A stretch of DNA of 63,845 bases, counting the filler, from Perkinsus chesapeaki ATCC PRA-425 (taxonomy: Eukaryota; Protista; Perkinsozoa): NCBI GenBank assembly GCA_013115145.1. It is 10 parts of 10 records of this genome, joined end to end, with 100 filler letters (N's around TTAATTAATTAA, not from the genome) between each part and the next. Parts side by side here need not be neighbours in the genome. Positions count along the whole stretch, not along the records: positions 11,440 to 29,432 come from JAAPAO010000675.1; positions 29,533 to 42,337 come from JAAPAO010000804.1; 8 more parts are not named here. One strand, given 5' to 3'. The notes under the pieces were generated by a model that was given only the letters and a program-made list of their open reading frames with translations, did not search any database and was not told the DNA's origin. Shown here piece after piece: positions 25,694 through 37,965 of this stretch (positions within the stretch are counted from its first letter, which is position 1; each line of letters begins with the position of its first letter). The translations under genes and the position numbers were made by a program.

Positions 25694-26165
25694 CACCTTT
25701 TCAATATCTAGTTCGTCCTTGGGAACATCAATTTCGTGTTTCAGACAATCAATTTCATCGTAGACTACGTGGTTAGAGAGTTTACTTTAAAAGAGTTAAA
25801 CTTCCAACAACTCAACATTGCCTGTGTTGAAAAGTTAAGTATGTCACGTGATGCATGTGAATTGCATGAGCTCAAGCACCGACAGGCATGTCCTCATGGC
25901 CAATTGCTCTACCGAGTAAGCTTTTAAAGTAAACTCTCTAACCACGTAGTCTACGATGAAATTGATTGTCTGAAACACGAAATTGACTTCCCTAAGTGGG
26001 CGAAATTGAAGTCACTTCCTGGGTGGAGACGAAATTGAAATTTCTAAGACGAAATTGAACTTCCCAAGCTCGAAAAAGATCTTACGGTTTCGGATTCGGA
26101 CCTTCAACTTCGCCCGCCGCGGCGAAATTGATGTTCCCAAGGACGAACTAGATATTGAAAAGGTG
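25694..26165. mobile_element. Non-autonomous foldback/MITE-type DNA transposon
   Basis: Perfect 45-bp inverted repeat 25692-25736 / 26123-26167, including the flanking TA. Inner perfect 66-bp inverted repeat 25728-25793 / 25921-25986. Subterminal CGAAATTGA repeats. Confidence 0.85.
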
Positions 26166-26293
26166 TATACCATTGATGACAGATTGCCACTACACTCGAG
26201 TCTCGATTAGTAGACTAAGGTTATACTGTTCATAAATACCCTTGAATATATATCCCAGAAACGAGCACTAAACGTCTAATACTCACTTGGTAT

Positions 26294-26448
26294 TCGGCTC
26301 GTTCATTAACTGACTTAACTGACGAAAGCGGTTTTCAAAACCGGTTTTGAAATGAGTTCTGGAACTGGTTCTAGGACCCGTTTGATGGACGCAATTTTCA
26401 CGAAACCAGTTCTAGAACAGGTCAAAACCAGTTTAATGAACGAGCCGA
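26294..26448. repeat. Small inverted-repeat element
   Basis: 16-bp IR TCGGCTCGTTCATTAA (26294-26309) / TTAATGAACGAGCCGA (26433-26448), with an internal 20-bp palindrome at 26333-26352. Confidence 0.6.
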
Positions 26449-26746
26449 CAGAGCCCGAAATTAAGCTGGAGAATAATCCCACCAGGGAATAGAACCTCCA
26501 ACCTATCGGTTCAAAGCTAGATCTTATACCATTATACCATATCAACACAACAAACTTTGACATACTCATATGTCATGCTGTGAGTTGGAGATATATTGTA
26601 TGTACGGTGGACTTTTTATAGCAGAGCCTAATATTGTAGCTTGACAAGAAAATCGGTGTTCTCGCTTTTGCCTACTTGTCGTCGTTGTCTTCGGTGTCTT
26701 CGTAGTAGTAGTTGTTGTATTTTCCTCTGTTATTACATTTATTAAT

Positions 26747-27677
26747 ATGAGCAACAAAGGTGGTGGTCCAACTAGTCCACCTCAACAGGCGGCGAGTGGA
26801 GCCGGAGGTAGTAAAGGAAGTAAGGTAATAACATCATCATCAACAACAACAACAACATTAGGCAAACACAATAGAGGTACTACTACCAGTAGTAACTATT
26901 ATATATTATTACATAGATCCAACTATTGGTACTGTATGGGGTAATAATAGACCACATGCAACTATAGGACAACAACAACAAGGTGGTGGTGGTGGTGGTA
27001 CAACATGGGCTGCTAAAGCAGCAGCAGCTGCTGCTACTTCTAATACTGGGGTTGTTAAGAAAAATAGTGGAGGAGGAGGACATAATAATAAACAACAACA
27101 CACTATTAATAAACAACAAAATATTGGTAATGAGATTATAGATAATAATCGACTAACTATACCAACAACATCAACAACATCAACACAAGGGGTAGTAGGA
27201 GTGTCGTCGTCGTCGTCGTCGTTAGCAGCAGCAGCAGCTTCAATAAGCAGTACTACCTTCAATGCTAAAGAAGCTGCTGAATTCCTTAATAAGAGTAAGT
27301 AGTATATGATGTGTGTTATTTTAATTATTATATTAGGATATGATGCTACTAATGAAAGATATGTAGCATGGGCACAGTTATCAGAGTTAAAAAGGAAACA
27401 ACAAGATACTCGTAATAATAATACATATAATAATATATAAATAAATATATGTAGAAACTGTACATAAATATATAGCTGAAAAGAATTGGTCTAATAGAGG
27501 GAGCAGTATGATGCCAGGTAAAGAGGATTTTGTACATCAGGTAGTAATAATAATATATAATAATAAATATATTAATAATAGCAGTTGGAACAAGCAATAT
27601 TAATGTTGTCAACTGGTACAGGGAAAAAGCCTACTACTACTAATAATAATAACACTACAACAACAACAGCTAGTTAA
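26747..27677 (+). CDS. Hypothetical low-complexity protein (multi-exon)
   Basis: Spliced MSNKGGG...FNAKEAAEFLNK|..YDATNERYVAWAQLSELKRKQQDT|..EKNWSNRGSSMMPGKEDFVHQ|..LEQAILMLS. Stop at 27675-27677. Confidence 0.55.
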
Positions 27678-27911
27678 TAATAATGGTTAGTAGTATTATA
27701 ATACTACTACTACAACAACAACAACAGCTAGTTAATAATAATGGTTAGTAGTATTATAATAATAATACCATTATTATTATATCTTATTGATAATAATAAA
27801 CTGTTGAGTTGAGTAATACATAATAATCGTATCATCTTTATACAATCGTTGTTGTTGTTGTTGTTTTTATGGATAATAATGATGCTATATTAATATATTT
27901 AGCTGGACGGG

Positions 27912-29142
27912 ATGCTGGGATGTAATAGTACTAATAATATTATTAATAATTGTAATGTAATCAACAATTGTAGGGATAGAGCAACATTATATGGTGCATG
28001 CTTAATTTATTGGGATATAATAATAAGAAATAATAATAATATAATATATGATAAACATAATAATATAAAGGATAATAATAATAAATTAATTTATATAATA
28101 TCATGTATATTGTGGTTATCTATTAAAACAACATTAACTAGTAATAATATTATACTATATAATAATAATAAGGATCATGAAGATAATCCGAAGGGTAATA
28201 TAAATAATAGTTTATACGACGTTATTATTATAATAATAATACTATAGATGTGAATGATAGTACTGCTGCTGCTGCTGCTGGTTGTTCTGCTCCAGCTGTT
28301 GCTGTTGCTGCTGGTTGTTGTTCTGGTTCTGGTTCTGGTGGTGGTGATATTGTTAGATTACGGCATTGTATTAATTCAACTTATAGAATAGTTAATATGT
28401 TGACTAATAAAAGTATAATAAAGTATAATAATTGGAATATAGAGGATTACTGGAAATATAGGGATAAAATAATTAATAATGGTAATAATAATATATTACT
28501 ATTAATTAGATTATATTATAATATCATCATCATCAATTAGAGTATATTATATTAAATAATATTGGTTATAATCCTTATACATATATTAATAATGGTGGTA
28601 TGTTATTACAAATGGTTATTAATTATAGTACTATATTATTATCATCATGTAGTAGTAGTAGTAGTGAGATAAATAATAATAATAATGCTGTTGTTAATAC
28701 AAGTATATTATTATGTGATGAAGTAATAGTTAAGGGTATATTATATAATAATGATATTATAATAAATATAATAGCATTGGTTATATCATATTTATCAATA
28801 ACATCATCATCATTACAATTCTCATCATCATCATCATTAACAGACAATAGAATTGAAGAAGATGATGATGATGCGGGATACATTATTAATATACTACCGA
28901 AACCTATTCATGATATATTATATAAATTACAATGTGATATTAATGATAATGGTATTACATTATCATCATTACTACCGCCGCTGTCATCATCAATAATAGG
29001 TATAACTTTCAATGATAATAATAATGTATATATATTATTTAATAAATTGGCAGATAAAATATGTAATGAGAGTAGATTATTTAAGGATGAGCTTAAAAAT
29101 TGTATGATAAAAATAATAATGAATAATAATAATAATAAATGA
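27912..29142 (+). CDS. Cyclin-like protein (transcriptional cyclin / cyclin Q-like), multi-exon
   Basis: RATLYGACLIYW, ISCILWLSIK, VRLRHCINSTYR and YWKYRDKII resemble a cyclin box (compare cyclin Q FWELRDSIV). Start uncertain. Confidence 0.5.
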
Positions 29143-29359
29143 TTTATCTCACAACTACTATCATATTCTATATATCGAGCCTGTTGTTGTTATTAATAAT
29201 AAGTAATGTTAGCTTTATTAGCTTATTAATAATATACTATGTCATCATCATTCCAACAACAACAAGAACAACAAGAACAACAAGAACAAGAAGATGGTGA
29301 AGAATATCTTGATTATGTTAATAACACAATAAATAATAATAATAATAATGATTACGATG

Positions 29360-29432
<73 letters not shown>
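29360..29432. repeat. (AAT)n microsatellite at contig end
   Basis: Pure AAT run into the gap, at the end of the short ORF starting at 29239. Confidence 0.95.
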
Positions 29433-29532
29433 NNNNNNNNNNNNNNNNNNNNNNNNNNNNNNNNNNNNNNNNNNNNTTAATTAATTAANNNNNNNNNNNN
29501 NNNNNNNNNNNNNNNNNNNNNNNNNNNNNNNN

Positions 29533-30293
29533 GATGCTATTGAGACTACTCGAAGATTCTTCTCACTGAATGGTTCCATTTCAGAGTAGATATGTGGTAC
29601 ATTGATTTGGCAAACGTACGCAAAGATGTAAGTGGAGGCTGCGCACATGAGATCGTCGAAGCCGCCAGTAGGCAACAGGTACGTTTTTACTGTCTCCCCA
29701 GAGCTCCTGTGAACACCATGTTTAATGAACAAGTAAACGATACAAATCGCGAGGAGAATAACCGACATCACACCCGCGAAGCTTACCCACCGTACGTTGT
29801 TGATGCGTTCAACAAGGGAGAGAGGCAGGAGGAAAAGGTAAGCCACGATGGCAGAGAATACGGTGCGATTTAGTAATAGAACTCCGTACCACTCGTGAGC
29901 GTGATCTTCCCCAATCCACTTGGTGAAGACGGGGTTGAGCAAATCGGCAATTGATATAAGGTAGGCTACCGCAGTACCGAAGCAGAATAGTACCATTGTG
30001 AGCTCGAAAAGGTAACCGATCCATGTGTTGTAGTAGAGCCTTACGATCTCCTCGAAAGTGTCCTTGCCAGAGTGGGTTTGAGCTCGTCCTATCATATTGA
30101 TAGATATTATAGACATCCATCCCAATGCCAATAACAAAATAACAGAAATGATGATACCCCCCTGCATGAAGGATACCGGCATGGCCAGAGCCCCAGCACC
30201 AAGCGTGGCCTTAGCCAGAGTGAAGGCACTAGCAGACTTCCCGCCAGCACGTAAGGGGGTTGAGGATCTTACACAAGTCCAACCAGGAACCAT
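29533..30293 (-). CDS. Amino-acid transporter, AAAP/SLC38-like family (3' truncated)
   Basis: SAFTLAKATLGAGALAMP, FCFGTAVAYL, FLLPLSL...VRWVSFAG, IFAYVCQINVPHIYSEM. Confidence 0.9.
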
Positions 30294-30686
30294 GTATCTG
30301 GCTCCTCTAGTGGCAGTGACGACAACTGTTCGTGACCGCTGGCGCATGCGTTCGATTGCCGATCATTCTGATTAGGTTGCGATGCAGCTGATCAATATAT
30401 AGTCGGAGGAAAACTATTGAGAGCTACATTGGACTGGCTTGATCTTCGTCGCCCACTCTCCTGTCACTCTCTTCAATTTTCGCTGGTTAGAGCAAGTTGT
30501 TCTGACCTATGACTCATAGGAACTCAATCTGTCATCAAATTCGTGTCACCATGCACTGGTGTCACTCGGTCCTTCTCAGTGGTAATTCAGCACAGTTTGA
30601 ACAGAAAATACAGTTACTAGGATAATGTCCTAAGGATATGCTTATAGTGACTGGGTGAGAAATCGGAGAATGATTCAGTTGGGCTG

Positions 30687-32271
30687 AACTAAAGTTTAGT
30701 TATTGAATCGATAGCTCAACCGTTGCTCCACGTCGGACTCCGACAGTCGGAGCAACATACCCGTACCGTAACGGTTTTACCATTGACTCCACTCAGGGGA
30801 GTCCACCGGCACCTTCCCGATGCAAAACACGGCGCGAGTCTACAACGGCACAGCCTGTGTCACACTGGCGCATCGCGTCGTGAAGACTATCATTGCTTAA
30901 CATCGTGCGGATCACTTGAACGTCTGGCTGCCACATTACTGTCAGTAATTTACTGACCAGCTTGAGCCTGGCAGCCTGCCAGACTCGGACACTGTCCGAC
31001 GGACAGCCAGAACTTCAATCTAACTTCCTAGATGGGTCCCATCTTGACCATCAAATACGCGTTTGGAGCCCATATGCTTGCTCGTGCGACAATGTCTGTT
31101 TATTAGGTCTACAAACCGCATGAACCTCCGTGATCCTGTAATGCAGGGTTTGGACGTAATTTACCACGGAATCCGTTGTACAGATGAACGCTTCATCCGT
31201 AACACGTAAGTCGGGAGTGAGGTGCCGTCACTCGCCCTCACTGAGGGCGATAGCGGGCCACGTCATTTATGGCCACGATCCAATCATGGTGACGCGGATC
31301 CACAGGCTGTGGTGAGAGTCACCGTGTCCGTCGCTTGAGGTCCTCGAAACGGTAGTCTACCGAGCGGCACCTACATTATGTAGGCTACATACGTTCAGTG
31401 CCTCCAAACTGGTACAGCTTGCAGTACAAGCCTTGTACTCAGCAAGCTAATGCCGCGAGGCATAATTCATGTTAGTGGCATATCGTGCTAGTTGCAGCTC
31501 GCACAGTGAAAGGTCGCATATTTATTACGTTTGCGGAGCTGCTGGAGCACCACTTGTTGTGCATAGAGTAAGTAAGCGAAGTGCAGGGAGAGTCTGTGCT
31601 GCCTGCTCAGTTGTGCATTGTGTATTTTGCGTGAACGTGCCCCGGGGCGAGCGAGGTTCCTGATGGGAATCCTTTCCCATGGAAAGTCCTTCAGGTCGCC
31701 TTCAGAAGGTGTCCCTTTGCAATAACTGAGGTGCTTGTGGTGTTCACTACGGGTTTACACACTGAGGTTCATCTCAGTTCGGAGAGTCCGAGGAAATCTG
31801 GCTTCTATTTTTTCTTCATCGGTAGGAGCCTGGTTTGTGACTCATAGTTGGCTGGGTCAACTTGGCTCTCTACGTAGACTGTAGTGAGCTCGAGTCGATA
31901 ACTAGGCTCGGCTTCGGTGTTGTCACTGGCAGCCCATGGGGAGATACTCCCAAACTTCAGAGGCTGTCAGGCAGGACATGCCGCCATACGGCTGTCAACA
32001 CCTTCGCCCTCTTCCCACACTCCCTAAAAGATAGCGACTTATGCTTTGCTTTGTACAGTACTATTGGGCACAGCTTTCTTGTGGTACGCTCGTACAGTGT
32101 CATCTTGTATAGACTGTACGGTACGTTGGCAGGTGAAGTAGACTACTTCAAGTGGTACAGTATCCTTTCGTACAGCTGTTACTGCCAGTAACTTACTGGT
32201 TCTGCGCCATCTCCGGGTGCCGCGACCATAGAAGCCATTTAGTGACATTTACACGTAACGTGTAGCACGTT
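30687..32271. other. Hotspot of hAT-type scars and 1-nt-centred palindromes
   Basis: Exact scars at 30985-31006, 31370-31391 and 32178-32199. One-mismatch scars at 30731-30752 and 32250-32271. Partial palindromes at 30687, 30968, 31232, 31300, 31350 and 31423. Confidence 0.8.
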
Positions 32272-34200
32272 GCACCTTTTTCGGGCAGGTAGTAGTCGGC
32301 CGATTAGATCCGGCAGGCGGCGACCGAGGCTGGGCTGTCCGGCCAGCCAGCTAGCCACCCACCGAGGGTTAGTTCGTCGTTACCACGGTTCAGATACGAA
32401 TGCAGACTCTACGTGGCACAGAATATTGTTCGGCGCAAGTAGACAAGACAAGGAAGCATTTCAAAGTGTACTCGTGCCTTCCAAGCCTAATCATGTAAGT
32501 TGATTTGCGTCATTGATAGCGTTTATTCACCAGTCATAGACTGTAGATGAATTAATCCTTACTCGGTCGGTACATAACTAAACAGTGTGTTTCATGAGCA
32601 CAGCACCCTAGCACAGTATAAATGAAAGCATGCTACAACAATAGCTATAAGTCAGACGGTGCTGAGGCACCTGAATACCCGATCGCAGTTGGGCCCACAA
32701 GTAATGCTGTACATGGACATATCACTTTCCTTTGCCACGTAAGGCATCGATAATTTCTACTGGATTCTGACGGCCACCTGGCGGATGGGGCCTGAAGCTC
32801 TGATATCACGCCCGCAGTTCGCTCGAAAAGGGTTTACCTCCTTTCGGTTTCGGAGATATTTCGCGGCGTATGGAACCTGATGGATGTGTTCGACTTGCGC
32901 TGCAACGGAGAGGCCTACTTCTCCTCTGATGATGAGCTTGCCAAGGTGTTACGGTTGTTATTCCTAAACAAAACCAACGGTGACCAATGGCTATTAAAAA
33001 TATCAAACATCTCAAAACTAAACCCGTCCACAAAATTATATCACATACGGTTTTCCAGCGCTAGCTCATCTACTACAAAGAGTTTAACGTTCATTTTTTT
33101 TCAGTTGATCCTACGGGGTGTATGAATAACGATAGTCATGACCGTGATGTCATTTTCGCTCGCCCAGTGAAATTTAGTGAAACTGCCAAAAATAGCGCTT
33201 CCACAGAATTATATCACACATCGCATCAACATCTCCGAACTATTTGCACTGCAGTCTCAAAAGAAGGACTTTCGCCTCCTCCTCAGAACTTTCACACATG
33301 CAGTCCGAATGACACTGTGACCCAGACTAGGCACGATAACCCACTCCACAGAATTGATCACATTTTAAAAGGGTTCCGCCACTCTTTGCCTTCATCATCA
33401 TTGTCCCCATACTCCCCTGCGCTGCCATCTGTCACCATTTTAGGTAAATGCGTCACATCCACAGCCGGCAACACTTCCATTCTAGCTCCGTCGAACTTCC
33501 TTTTCCTTCGGGGCACATCCAAAGTCCCTCCCTTAACGTTATAGTTCTGTTGCCTTCCATCTGTACCACCCATCTGATCCGCCCTCCCCTTGAACTGAGG
33601 CTGCCGAGGCTCCGGGTTTCGATGCTCTGGCTCCTTCAAATGTGCGGCCTGGAGCTCCTTGAGTGGCCGCTGCTCCTGATGAATCGGCGGATCCTCCCGG
33701 GCATCATGCGCCAAATGCCGAGGTTTCCCTCGACCACTCGGTCTGAAATACTGGACGTTCTCTAGACATCCCTATAAGGGCTCGGATTGCGACACTACAC
33801 TCAAGCTCTAGGAGGTTGGCGATGATGGAACTACAGAATCGAAAGTGACTATCACTTCATTCTCTACAAGTGAGCTGTATAACTTCGAAAACGTTATCCC
33901 CCACAAATAGCTCCCAGAGCGAGTTGTCACCTAATTTGAGACTGCTACTACCCCTTGCTCTTACCAATTTGGCACAACGAACATTGCGCTGGGTGCATCG
34001 GAACTTTGAAGCAATAAATCGGAGAGCGATACAAATAAAACAGCTAACGACTTCCTCAAGTACTCTCCTTAGCTCCGCTTATTACATTCTCCTTGGCCAA
34101 TCCCTATCCGGTCCACTTAAGGATGAACTATCTGCTACAACAGGTGCCGCTTTCTCCCTGTAAAGTATGGATCATCGTCCCCATCCCTTCAAACACTTCC

Positions 34201-36261
34201 TTACCTCTCGCTTGATCCTACCAGTTCATCATCTCTAGTCTCCCCTTTATAGCTTGATTGTACATCCGCCTCACCAATAGCCTCCCCTTTATAGCTTGAT
34301 TGTACATCCGCCTCACCAATAGCCTCCCCTTTATAGCTTGATTGTACATCCGCCTCACCAATAGTCTCCCCGGNNNNNNNNNNNNNNNNNNNNNNNNNNN
34401 NNNNNNNNNNNNNNNNNNNNNNNNNNNNNNNNNNNNNNNNNNNNNNNNNNNNNNNNNNNNNNNNNNNNNNTTAGCTTGATTGTACATCCGCCTCACCAAT
34501 AGCCTCCCCTTTATAGCTTGATTGTACATCCGCCTCACCAATAGTCTCCCCTTTATAGCCTAGCTCTTCAGCTTCAGCAGTACTCTCGCTCGGCGGCATA
34601 GCAACGCTTCCCTCGCCCAGACTAGCTACGTTCGAGGCGGCATCCTCCTCAGAATTGTCGCTTCTCTCCGCTGTCTCATCCACAGAATCTCGGTGGGATT
34701 CGCTGCCGGCGCTCGCCGCATTAGAGAGACTGTCTGCCTCAGGTACCGCTAAGATGGTCAGACGACTGCCGTAACCGGTCCTATCGTTAACTAGGGAGCG
34801 CAGGAGCTCCGAAGTTGTTCCTCTAGGCAGGTCCGACGACGGCTTCGGGAAAATGACAAAGTCATCGGCGGCAACTTGCCTTAAGAGAGCCTTTCCATTA
34901 GATTCGGAATGGACAACTTACTTCTCCTTCCCCTTTCTGCTGCGAGGCTCCGAGTGAAATAGGATTGACAACAAGTATAAAGTGACGGCCAGGAAGACGC
35001 TGGCCATGACAATGGCGATAAATAGCGACTCCAACTCAGTCAAGTCCAACCATGGCCGATTCTGACCATTAAAAGGTGGCGAAGAGGTCCCAGCTGCGAT
35101 GCTCCTCTCACCACAAACTGCTCAAGCCTCCGTTCCACGTCCCTCTTGACAACTATAGCAGTATCTAAGGTACAGCTTTCGTCAGGCTACCTATCGCCTC
35201 CCGTCCACCGCCTACCCTCCAGCCTTCCTATGTTATCATATACCCATGGCTTCCATTCATCATAACATTTCCGTGGTCCATCCCAGCGCGACAATTCAAT
35301 CGCGGCGTTCTTCACCAGGGCCCACGCGGCTATAGCGTCCCCCTTTATTGAGTACATAATAGACTTAACTTCCTCCCAATCACCATCATCCTCCTCGGGG
35401 GCTGCCCAGTCGGTCATGCCATCTGGTTCCTCGTTGGAGCTTTGCCACCAATCGCGAACGCGCTGCCATGCACTCACGCCCTCCTCGATCGGCGCCTCGG
35501 GCTCCTGCTCAGTTGTGGCATCCCACCAAGGCATCCTCCCTTTCATGACTGACTCTACAATACTCGACGTGCTTGCATCAGTGTCCTCTGTCAGCGAGGC
35601 TGAGGCTTCTTCCTTGACCTGCCCTGGGCCGGCCAACCAGGTCCAAACTCCACCCTCTTCGGGTTCCTCTGAGGCTTGCTTGTCCCGATCCGGGCCGACC
35701 TCATCAATTGTTGCTTCCTCAGACTTGTCGGCGGTCGACAGTATCGATAGCAAATCCCACGTCACACTGGTCTCTACAGTTGAAGGAGGCGCAGCAGTTT
35801 CGGTGGCAGATCTGCTCTCAGTATGGTCAACTTCGGTGCTTTGACCAGAAAGAGGCCACCACGATGAGCCGGCACCGTCCTTCTCCGGCACCTCGGGCTC
35901 CTTCATAGCTCCAGTGTCCCCGAGTTTAAGCGGCCACCAAGATTCTGTGGGAGCCGGTGACTCGGGAGCAGCTCGGGAGCTATCATCAACCTTCGCAAAC
36001 CACCACCAGGAGCCAGCCTCGGCCTCAGTGTCAATCGCGGGCTCTAGCGCTTCCTCAACAGGTAGCCACCAATTCGAGACGGGCTGCACGGGTGTGTCGG
36101 GAATGGGCTCCTCCTCAAGTGGGGCCGGGGATCGAAGGGTCTGGACAATAAGCTGGGCCACTGACGCTGCCAATAGGAGAATCTGAGCAAGGGTAACCGG
36201 CAAGTTAGAGAGATCAGGGACTTACAGTGATGCCAGTTATGCCGATGAAGCAAGGATTCAT
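34201..36261 (-). CDS. Trp/acidic-repeat membrane protein with a 14-aa C-terminal repeat (5 exons, spans an N gap)
   Basis: ATG 36261, MNPCFIGITGIT|ILLLAASVAQ across intron 36225-36183. Further phase-consistent introns lead to the TM segment LFIAIVMASVFLAVTLYLLSILF, then YKGE(A/T)IGEADVQSS repeats and a stop at 34201. Confidence 0.65.
34236..34558. repeat. 42-bp coding tandem repeat
   Basis: Unit CCCCTTTATAGCTTGATTGTACATCCGCCTCACCAATAGCCT on both sides of the N gap. Confidence 0.95.
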
Positions 36262-36576
36262 CAACCGGGCCCAAAGGGCAGAAAAAGACCGATGATCCGG
36301 ACTACTGCAACTCGCCACTATACCGCGCCAATTCGAAGCGGAAGCTTCGTCCCTAGATACCAGATGAGAGCACCTCGGGCAAGCGTGCACCCAATGAGGA
36401 GGTGGAAGACCGTCAAACTCGTGTGGGTTGGGATTGTCAATCATAGGAAAGATTAGCCGATCAACAGGCGTGGTCTCGAACTGCGGTGATAATCGATTAG
36501 AATGGCGCGCGCTAAATGCATCGGCGCACTTCGGTCGAGAGGTTGTACCTAATCTTGTAACGTCCACTGAATTGAA

Positions 36577-37631
36577 ATGGATGACACAAGTGACTCCACT
36601 TCTGTGACGGGTCAAACTACACCTACTGCCGAGAAGACCTCCGGTGACAAGGACCAACAAACTGAAGCTTCTGAGCCAAAACTGGGCCTACCCCCCTCGA
36701 AGGCCCATCTCGGCGACCACCAGGATTCCTCGGGCAGTGACCCGGGGGTGCCGTCTGATGTTAATTACTCTGGCTGGATGCCAAATTATGCTTCAATGGG
36801 TCATCCATACAGTCAATATGGTATGGATGATTATAATGGAGATGGTAGCCCTTTCAACAGTGATGGTATGTACTGTATGGACGATGGGTCCCCGAATGGC
36901 TCTGGTCGTGGGCCTCAAGTAAGCGATGTCTGCCAAAGACTCATGAAAACACGATTCTGCCGATACGGTGAACATTGCAAGTAAGTCATTGTCAACCTTA
37001 TTTGAATCTTTTAGTCTCCCTTAGATACGGTGCCAAGTGTTTCTACGCTCACAGCCAGGATGAGCTGCGACAGCGACCCCCGCCTCCACCAGGGTTTGCT
37101 CGCCAAGCAAGACATGACTACATCGATCCTCAAGCCTACGGTAAGCACTTCATCCGTTGCCATCATACAGCCTCTCCCTTCTTAGACCCTGCTCTTCTAC
37201 AATTCGCCGGTCCACCTATGATTGGGGCGATGTCACCTGGGCAATATCCGCCAGCTGACATGACTTACGACATGAATCCATACGGATGCCCTCCCCCTCC
37301 TCCTCCCCCGCCACCTCCACCACCTGGGCCACCGGTAACCCCACCGAGGCAAGCCCCTCAAATGCACCCTAGTGGTCTGCGCCTTCCCCCGGGGTTAAGC
37401 AGTGCGACTGGTGGGTACGGTATGCCACATATGGATTCCCCCGCTCATCAAATGAGCATTGATGGGAGTCATCGTCATGTCCATCACCACCACGGCATGC
37501 CTTCTCCAACGAACGAGATGTTCGCAAGCCCGCTCGCCGTGGCCGAGCGTATCTTTGGTCAAGCCGGCCTTAAGCCGGAGCAAATAGCCAGTATTTTGAA
37601 AGCAGCCCAACCAGTCTCTTATGGCGACTGA
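36577..37631 (+). CDS. CCCH zinc-finger, proline-rich RNA-binding protein (3 exons)
   Basis: Spliced MKTRFCRYGEHCK|YGAKCFYAHSQDELR is a TIS11-type C-x-C-x5-C-x3-H finger, followed by a poly-Pro tail. Confidence 0.8.
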
Positions 37632-37965
37632 ATATATTGAAGCAAGTCCATTGGATTTCCATATAATACGTTTATTGATAGCTGTTGTTATTATAATGAG
37701 TACGTGACGGAAGCCACTGCTGCTGCTCAACGTTAATGCAGCACTCGGTGATGATCACTGACATGCTCACTGCTCATGATGATGACGTACCCCTATGCCT
37801 GACCATCACGGGTTGTGTTATTACTAGTAACTCAACACTCGGTATCGCAGCCAAGCACAACTGCTTGTTAAAAGCTGCTAGAAAAGATAATTAAGACATT
37901 CCTGTGCAGCTTTCCTGAACACTCCATCGATTGCGGAGGTTACGCCTCTAAAAGATACCATCGCA

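Noticed and set aside
22289-28883. Many Ile/Leu/Ser-rich ORFs in the track (e.g. 22289+, 25423+, 26909-, 27349-, 28623-)
   Set aside because: They are antisense or off-frame shadows of AAT-rich real exons.
11440-29432. AT-rich contig as organellar (mitochondrial/plastid) DNA
   Set aside because: It encodes nuclear housekeeping genes with spliceosomal introns in the standard code.
32500-33714. Possible decayed non-LTR reverse transcriptase on the minus strand (PKPKGGKP...LR; FR..ST-like)
   Set aside because: Only scattered partial motifs across frames and no YADD-type motif; too weak to call without a profile search.
34218-34541. ORF of GRLLVRRMYNQAIK repeats
   Set aside because: Wrong frame of the 42-bp repeat; the spliced gene enters the YKGEAIGEADVQSS frame.
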